This document shows positions 57,022 through 64,000 of a DNA stretch of 64,000 nt, piece by piece; position 1 is the stretch's first letter; each line of letters begins with the position of its first letter. A program made the position numbers and the translations under genes. Origin of the DNA: an uncultured Gemmatimonadales bacterium. GTDB taxonomy: Bacteria > Gemmatimonadota > Gemmatimonadetes > Gemmatimonadales > GWC2-71-9. The notes beneath the pieces are model-generated. The model had not been told where the DNA came from and did not search any database. It saw only the letters and a list, made by a program, of their open reading frames with translations. The stretch is taken from NCBI GenBank assembly GCA_963840215.1, contig CAWIYG010000001.1, positions 583,704 through 647,703 of the forward strand, read 5' to 3'.

Positions 57022-58689
57022 CGCACCCGCACGAGCGCGATCCTGGGAACGACGGTGCTGGCCAGGGGGAGCGAGCCGGCGTCGTTGGTCAGGACGAACG
57101 CGACCTCGGACGACCCGGCCGGCTGGATGATGCGCACGTGCCGGCCCGATCCGCCGCGCAGGACGCCGGTGCGATCGAAGATGCCGGTCCGGGTGCTGTC
57201 GGGGGTCAGAGGATAGGGCTTGCTGAAGACGCTGGGGAAGTTGGCCTCGTACACCTGCCGGAGGTTGAAGCTGGTGTAACGCAGGCGATCGCTCGACGGG
57301 GTGAAGCCCGGCAGATTGGTCACATAGTTCGCCATCTGCCACTGGGAGGCGAGCGTCGGGAAGTCCTCGCCGGTGACGGCTTCGACGTTGGCGGCACCCG
57401 TCGCACCGGTGAGGAGCAGCGCGCGCGTCAGTTCGGTCGCGGCCGGCTGCGTGGCCGAGAAGTGGTCGCCCAGCCAGCGCACGAACAGCCAGCCCGCGCC
57501 GCGCTCGTTGAGCGATCCCCCGGAGGTCGACGGCGCCACGAGGAAAGCCGCCTCCGGATCGTCCAGATATCCGAACGCGTTGAACAGGTTGTCGCCGAGG
57601 AACTGATCCTCGCACTGGGGGAATGCAGGGCAGAAGCTGTCCGGCACCTGGCGGCCGGCCAGCTCTTCGGCGATAGTGGGAGAGGCCTTCGTTGAGCCAG
57701 GTCTCCTCCACGTCGCCGCCGCGCACCAGCACGTGCTGGTTGAAACTGATCATGTGCTGGAATTCGTGGCTGAAGACGCCGGGCAGCGACCGCGTCACCA
57801 CCGTCTTGGTGTAGGACGAGCACCCCGGCAGGTCCGGGTTCGGAACGGCCCCGTAGAACACCTCGCCGTCGTTCGAATGGTCCTCGGTCGGCAGCAGGTC
57901 GAGGCCGAAGAAGAATCCGAGGATGATGCTGCCGGTCGTGTTGCAGTCGGGCGAGAGGTTGTTCACATGCTGGGTCAGCAGCACGATGACGACGCCGTTG
58001 GCGTCGAGATCCGATTCGCGCCCGAAGGCGGTGGTGTCTATCGCGTAGAGATGGGCATCGAAGAGGGCACCGACCTCGTCCAGGTCGGTCTGGGTGAAGC
58101 CGGCCGGCGCGGTGTCGTCGAGATAGATCGCCACCCGCTGGCCGACCACCTTGGCGGTGGCGGTGCTCTGGACGAAGCTGTCGCAGGTCGTGGTGGCACA
58201 GACCTCGAAGGTGCGCTGCGAGCCGACGAGCGGCGGGTCCGCCGCCGCGGCCGACGCCGCGATCCGCGCGCGGGAGGCGCTCACCGCGGACGGCCGCTCC
58301 GAGAGCGTCCGCTCGCGGGTGCGCAGCAGGTCGTGGAAGGCCAGCGCCGCGGTCGGCGCCCTGTCGAACCCCGCCTGACTCGTCGCCGCCACCGAGGCCG
58401 CCGGGCTCTCACCGCCCTGGATCTCGTAGGGAGCCGCCGTCCCGTTCCGGCTCACCGCGCCGTCGCCCGACAGGGCGACATACAGGTACTCGGTCTCCTG
58501 GGCGCCGGCGCCTGGAATTCGCACACAGGCGACTTGGGAGGCGTCGAGGATCGTGAACTGTCCCGCGGCGAGCGCCGTTGGGGCCACTGGATCGCAGTCG
58601 ACGGTGTCGGGCGGGTTCGGATCGCTGCCGCACGCGGCGGTGGCGAGCGCGCCGGCCAGCAAGGTCCAGCGGGCGAGGGATCGGGTCAC
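57018..58689 (-). CDS. Zinc metallopeptidase lipoprotein (M30/gluzincin-like); one apparent indel (~57675)
   Basis: Lipobox TAAC; [32 protein letters not shown]; C-terminal part in ORF 57018-57647. Confidence 0.8.
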
Positions 58690-58756
58690 GTGGGGAAGCT
58701 CCGGAGCGGCGGACGAAGGGCGAAATCTTCAGCAAGATAAGGAACCACAACGGCTT

Positions 58757-58785
58757 TTGACAATCGTCGGGGTCGCCGGTAGGTT
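58757..58785 (+). promoter_or_regulatory. Sigma70 promoter, probably giving a leaderless hisIE mRNA
   Basis: TTGACA-17 nt-TAGGTT, then 7 nt to GTG 58793; no Shine-Dalgarno. Confidence 0.7.
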
Positions 58786-58792
58786 GTTCCGG

Positions 58793-59449
58793 GTGTCCGA
58801 GACCAACTGGCTGGCGGCGGTCCGGTTCGGGGCCGACGGGCTGGTGCCCGTAGTGGCCCAGGAAAGCCGTTCCGGCGACGTCCTGATGGTGGCGTACGCG
58901 AACCGGGAGGCGCTCGAGCGGACCGCCGCGACCGGCCGGGCGCACTACTACAGCAGATCCCGCGCCGCGCTGTGGCGCAAGGGCGAGACGTCCGGCCACG
59001 TCCAGGCGCGTCCGGGAAATCCGGATCGATTGCGACGGCGACGCCATCCTGTACCGGGTCGAGCAGACCGGCCCTGCCTGCCACACGGGCACGCGCACCT
59101 GCTTCTCGACGGCCGTGGCGCAGGACGGCGCATACGACGTCCGGTGAGGATCCCGGTGGCACACCTGCTGACCCGGCTGGCGACCACGATCGCACGGCGG
59201 GCGGCCGAGCGGCCCGAAGGCTCGTACACGGTGCAGCTGCTCGAGCGCGGGCGTGGCCAAGATCTCGCAGAAGGTGGGCGAGGAGGCGGTCGAGGTCGTC
59301 GTGGCGGCGAATGCGGAGGAGCCCGAGCGTCTCGCGTCCGAGGCGGCCGATCTCCTCTATCATCTTCTGGTGCTGCTGCAAGCTCGCGGTGTCCCGCTGG
59401 ACGCCGTGCTGGAAGGAGCTAGAAGGCGCGACCGCGGAGATCGAGTTAG
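58793..59449 (+). CDS. hisIE: Bifunctional PR-AMP cyclohydrolase / PR-ATP pyrophosphatase; several apparent indels, end approximate
   Basis: [58 protein letters not shown]. Confidence 0.9.
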
Positions 59450-59454
59450 CCGTC

Positions 59455-62400
59455 ATGGCTTTCGTCCATCTCCATACCCACAGCGAATACTCGTTGCTCG
59501 ACGGGGCCAGCCGGATCCCCGATCTCGTCGCGCACGTCAAGAAGCTCGGCATGGACAGCCTGGCCGTCACCGACCACGGCAACATGCACGCGGCCTGGTC
59601 GTTCTACGACGCGGCCAAGGCCGCCAGAGATCCGGCCGATCCTCGGCTTCGAGGCCTACCTCGCGTTCGGGCCGCGCCAGGCGCGCGAGAAGCCGAGCAA
59701 GCGCGCCCGCCGCCTACAGCCATCTCGTCCTGCTCGCGAAGAACCGCGCCGGGTACAAGAACCTCGTCCGCCTCACCTCGATCGGGTACACCGAGGGGTT
59801 CTACCGGCGGCCGCGGGTCGACAAGGAGTGCCTGGAGCGGTACAGCCGACGGAATCGTCTGCCTCGCGGCGTGCCTCTCGGGCGAGGTGGCGCTGCACCT
59901 CCGGCAGGGCCGGTACGAGGAGGCGAAGCGCAGCGCCGAGTGGTTCGCGCGGGTGTTCGGCAAGGACGGCTTCTGGCTCGAGGTGCAGCAGCCACGGCAT
60001 CGCCGAGGAGCGGGTCGTCACCGAGGGCATGCTGCGGCTGGGCCAGGAGCTGGGCATCGGCGTCGTGGCCACGAACGACGCGCACTACCTCCGGCGCGAG
60101 GACGCCGAGTCGCACGACGTGCTGCTCGCCATCGGCACCGGCAGCGACCTCGACGACCCCAAGCGCTTCCGCTTCACCGGCGAAGAATCGTACTTCAAGT
60201 CCGAGAAGGAGATGCGGGCGCTCTTTCCGGACCACCCGGAGGTGCTGGCCAACACCCAGGCCGTCGCCGACCTCTGCGAGTTCGACTTCGAGAAGAAGTA
60301 CTTCCTGCCGGGGTTCCCCCGCCCCGCCGAGCTACGAGACCGACGAAGCGCTGCTCGAGGACCTCGTCGCGCCAGGGCGCGGCGCGGCGCTACGGCACGC
60401 CGCTGCCCGCGGCGGTCGAGGAGCGGCTGGACTACGAGCTCGGCGTCATCAACACGACCGGCTACGCCGGCTACTTCCTCATCGTCGAGGACTTCATCGC
60501 CGCGGCGCGCGAGCGCGGCATCCCGGTGGGCCCGGGCCGCGGCTCGGCGGCCGGCTCGCATCGTCGCGTACGCGCTCGGCATCACCGACGTCTGCCCGCT
60601 CAAGTTCGACCTGCTGTTCGAGCGCTTCCTGAATCCCGAGCGCGTGTCGATGCCCGACATCGACGTCGACTTCTGCTTCGAGCGCCGCGGCGAGGTGATC
60701 GAGTACGTGCGCGAGAAGTACGGGCGAGGAGCGTCGGCCAGATCGTCACGTTCGGGACGATGAAGTCGCGCGCCGCGGTCAAGGACGTGGCCGCGTGCTC
60801 GGCTTCCCGCCGGCCGAGACCGACGCGCTCGCGAAGCTGATCCCGAACGGGCCCGACTACTCGCTCACCGATCCGCGAGGCGAGCGAGAAGGTGGACGAG
60901 CTCCGGGAGCTCGTGAAGGCCAACCCGGCCTATCGCCAGCTGCTCGACCTCGAGATCGCGCTCGAAGGGCTCTCGCGGCACACGGCGGTGCACGCGGCCG
61001 GCGTCGTGATCGCGCCGGGCCCGCTCGACGAGTACGTGCCGGTCTGCACGCGCGTCGACCAGGGCTCGGGCGCCGGCAGCCGACGGCGAAGACTCGATCG
61101 TCACGCAGTACGACATGAACGCGCTCGAGAAGGCCGGCATGCTGAAGATGGACTTCCTCGGCCTCACGACGCTCACGGTCATCCACGACGCGGTGCGAGT
61201 CGATCGCGGCGCGCACGGGCGTCGACGCTCGACCTCGACGCGCTCCCGTTCGACGACCGGAGGTCTACGAGCTGCTGCGCCCGGGCCGCACCGCCGGCGT
61301 GTTCCAGTTCGAGTCGCCGCTCGCGACCGACATGCTGCGCGCCATGCGCTGCGACCGGTTCGACGACCTCGTCGCGTCGAACGCGCTGATGCGCCCGGGC
61401 CCGCTCGACGCGGGCATGCACAAGGTCTACATCCGGCGGAAGCGCGGCGAGGAGCCGGTCGAGCTACGCGCTCCCCGAGCTCGAGGAGATCCTCGAGCCC
61501 ACCTACGGCGTCATCACCTACCAGGAACAGGTGATGCGTATCGCGCAACTGCTCGCCGGCATCTCGCTCGCCGAAGCGGACGTGCTGCGAAAGGCGGTGG
61601 GCAAGAAGGACGCGGAGCTCATCAAGAAGGAGCTCGGCAAGTTCGTGCGAGCGGGCGATGGCGCTGGGCCACGACCCGCAAGATCATCGACGAGCTCGCC
61701 GGGCAGATCGAGACGTTCGGCCGCTACGGCTTCAACAAGTCGCACTCGGTCGCGTACTCGGTCATCTCGTACCACACGGCGTGGCTCAAGGCGCACTACC
61801 CGGCCGAGTTCATGGCGGCGCTGCTGTCGTCGGAGATCGGCGACACGGACAGCGTGGTGAAGTACATCAACGAGGCGCGCGAGCTCGGACATCGAGGTGC
61901 TGCCGCCGGACGTGAACGAGTCGGGCTACAAGTTCACGGTGGTCGGCGACAAGCGGATCCGCTTCGGGCTCGGCGCGATCCGCAACGTCGGCCGGGGGGC
62001 GATCGAATCGATCCTCGCCGCGCGCGCAGGACGCCCCGTTCACGACGCTCTCCGACTTCGTCGAGCGCGTCGACCTGCGGCTCTGCAACAAGCGCGTGTT
62101 CGAGGCGCTGATCGTGGCGGGCGCGCTCGACGGGCTCGGCGGCCACCGCGCGCAGCTCTGCGCGGCGCTCGACCACGTGCTGCGCGAGGCGCAGCTGCTG
62201 CAGCAGGAGAAGGAGGCCGGCCAGGCGTCGCTGTTCGGCGGAGGGAGCGGGCGGATCGGGCGAGCCGGCCGTGCGGCGCCGCGAGCCGGCGCGTCCTGCC
62301 GACATCCCCGCCTGGACCGAGACCGAGCGGCTGGCGAAGGAGAAGGAGATCCTCGGCTTCTACATCTCGGGGCACCCGCTCGAGCCCTTCCGGGACGAGG

Positions 62401-62964
62401 TGCGAGCTGTTCGGCACCCGGACCACCGCGACGCTCGGCGAATGGAGCGAGCACCCCGTGACCTCGGCGGCGTCGTGACGGCGGTCAAGCGGCAGATCAC
62501 CAAGAAGACCGGCGCGGAGTTCGCGCGGCTGACGGTCGAGGATTTCCGGGACGGCCGAAGTGCTCGTCTTCCCCGAGGCCTGGGCCATGCTCAACGGACC
62601 GATCCTCACCGACGTGCCGCTGCTGCTCAAGGGCGGCTACAGCGACCGGGACCGCGGCGAGGACCACGACGTTCATCGTCGAGTCGGCCCGCGCCCTGGA
62701 CGAGCTCAAGGCGGTCCGGCGCCGTCGCCCTGAGCCTCCGGTGGCGGGCGCCGGGCGCGCCGCTCCCCGAGTCGCTCCGGGCGGCCGCGGCGCTCTGCGG
62801 CCCACCCCGGCTCCGCGCCCCTGGATATTGAGTGGAGCGACGGGAATGGAGAGTCGGTGCGGCTCCGGTCCCGTCGCGTCCGCGTCGCGGCGGAGGAAGA
62901 CCTCGTTCGGGCCCTGCGCGCTCTCCTGGGCGCCGATTCCGTCCACTACATCAAGGCGGGATGA
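59455..62964 (+). CDS. dnaE: DNA polymerase III alpha subunit; many apparent indels
   Basis: [92 protein letters not shown] across frames. Confidence 0.95.
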
Positions 62965-62969
62965 CCCCG

Positions 62970-63927
62970 ATGGCCTCAGCCTAACGCTGGAGTTCGAGAA
63001 GCCGATCCTCGAGCTCGAGCGGCAGATCGACGAGCTGAAGCGGATCGGCGGCGAGCGGCAGATCGACGTCGACGGGGAGCTCGAGCGACTGCAGGCAAGC
63101 TGGAATCGCTCCGGGCGGAGATCTACCGGAACCTCACGCCGCTGCAGCGGGTGCAGGTGGCGCGCCATCCACGCCGCCCGTTCACGCTCGACTACCTCAG
63201 ATCATCTTCACCGACTTCATCGAGCTGCACGGCGACCGGCCTTCCGGACGACCGGCGATCGTCGGCGGCTGGGCGCGGCTCGACGGCGAGACGGTGATGG
63301 TCATCGGCCACCAGCGCGGGCGCGACACGAAGGAGAACCTCAAGCGCAACTTCGGGATGCCCCACCCCGAGGGCTACCGCAAGGCGCTGCGCCTGATGAA
63401 GCTGGCCGAGAAGTTCCAGCGTCCCGGTGATCACCCTCATCGACACGCCGGGCGCGTGGGCCGGCCTCGGCGCCGAGGAGCGCGGCCAGACCGAGGCGAT
63501 CGCGCGCAACCTGTTCGAGATGGCCAGCTCTGGACGCCCATCATCGCGACGGTCATCGGCGAGGGCGGCTCCGGCGGCGCGCTCGCGCTCGGCGTCGCCG
63601 ACCGCGTGCTGATGCTCGAGAACGCGGTCTACTCGGTGATCACGGTCGAGGGCTGCGCGGCGATCCTCTGGAAGGACGCGAGCCAGCGGCGAGCGGGCCG
63701 CGGCGGCGCTCCGGATCACGCGCCAGGACCTGCTGCGGCTGAGGGTCATCGACGAGATCGTGCCGGAGCCGGTCGGCGGCGCGCACATCGATCCCGACGC
63801 GACCGGCGAGGCGCTCCGCGAGGCGCTGATCCGGCACGTCGACGAGCTGCGGAAGATCCGCCCGGACAAGCTGGTGCGCCGCCGGGGCGAGAAGTTCGGC
63901 GCCATGGGCGCCTTTTCCGAGGCCTGA
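62970..63927 (+). CDS. accA: Acetyl-CoA carboxylase carboxyltransferase alpha; several apparent indels
   Basis: [59 protein letters not shown]. Confidence 0.94.
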
Positions 63928-64000
63928 TGCGTCAGACGGTCGAGGTCGCGTTCAAGGGCAACCGCAAGGAGTTCTTCCTCTGGGAAGACGCCGACACGCC
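63927..64000 (+). CDS. 5' end of a PSP1-domain (RicT/YaaT-like) gene, truncated by the window
   Basis: TGATG coupling to accA; [17 protein letters not shown]. Confidence 0.6.
   Translation, partial: MRQTVEVAFKGNRKEFFLWEDADT

Noticed and set aside
55939-58689. 916-aa dual-peptidase fusion in the ORF track
   Set aside because: The middle is out-of-frame Arg/Pro-rich sequence. An indel near 57675 shifts the first gene, whose real C-terminus is in ORF 57018-57647 and ends at a GTGA junction.

Overview
GC-rich bacterial chromosome segment. Gene content and protein style suggest Gemmatimonadota (inference; no rRNA marker in the window). It looks like an imperfectly polished long-read assembly: single-base indels break several genes, and they are densest at about 59-64 kb, in essential dnaE and accA. 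Left to right: (1) a stress block (Tat-lipoprotein filamin+ferritin-like gene, TrxB-like, two SRPBCC, KGG-like, YbhB, SodC, DUF1499) running into the exonuclease/ATP-ligase/Lhr-core/MPE repair cluster; (2) cydAB behind a perfect Rex box; (3) peptide transporter, DUF1028, PspA-like, HIT, GGR-like and HD genes; (4) hybrid kinase-GT4-GT2-DUF3108-DHS-like operon; (5) thiO; (6) an ECF sigma/RskA module with two DUF4331 proteins, TPR, HupE/UreJ, DUF6702, DUF1684 and TlpA; (7) a sulfocyanin-like cupredoxin with Glu at the axial-Met position, divergent from an OFA transporter, a PQQ alcohol dehydrogenase with the lanthanide-type D-x-D motif, and a porin; (8) lipA-pdhABC-lpdA-lipB; (9) peptidases; (10) hisIE-dnaE-accA-PSP1. 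I saw no CRISPR, rRNA/tRNA, prophage or transposase. Best novelty candidates: the PQQ/cupredoxin module, D-(S/T) enrichment in exported proteins (possible Bacteroidota-like O-glycosylation), and the ECF-controlled DUF4331 module.
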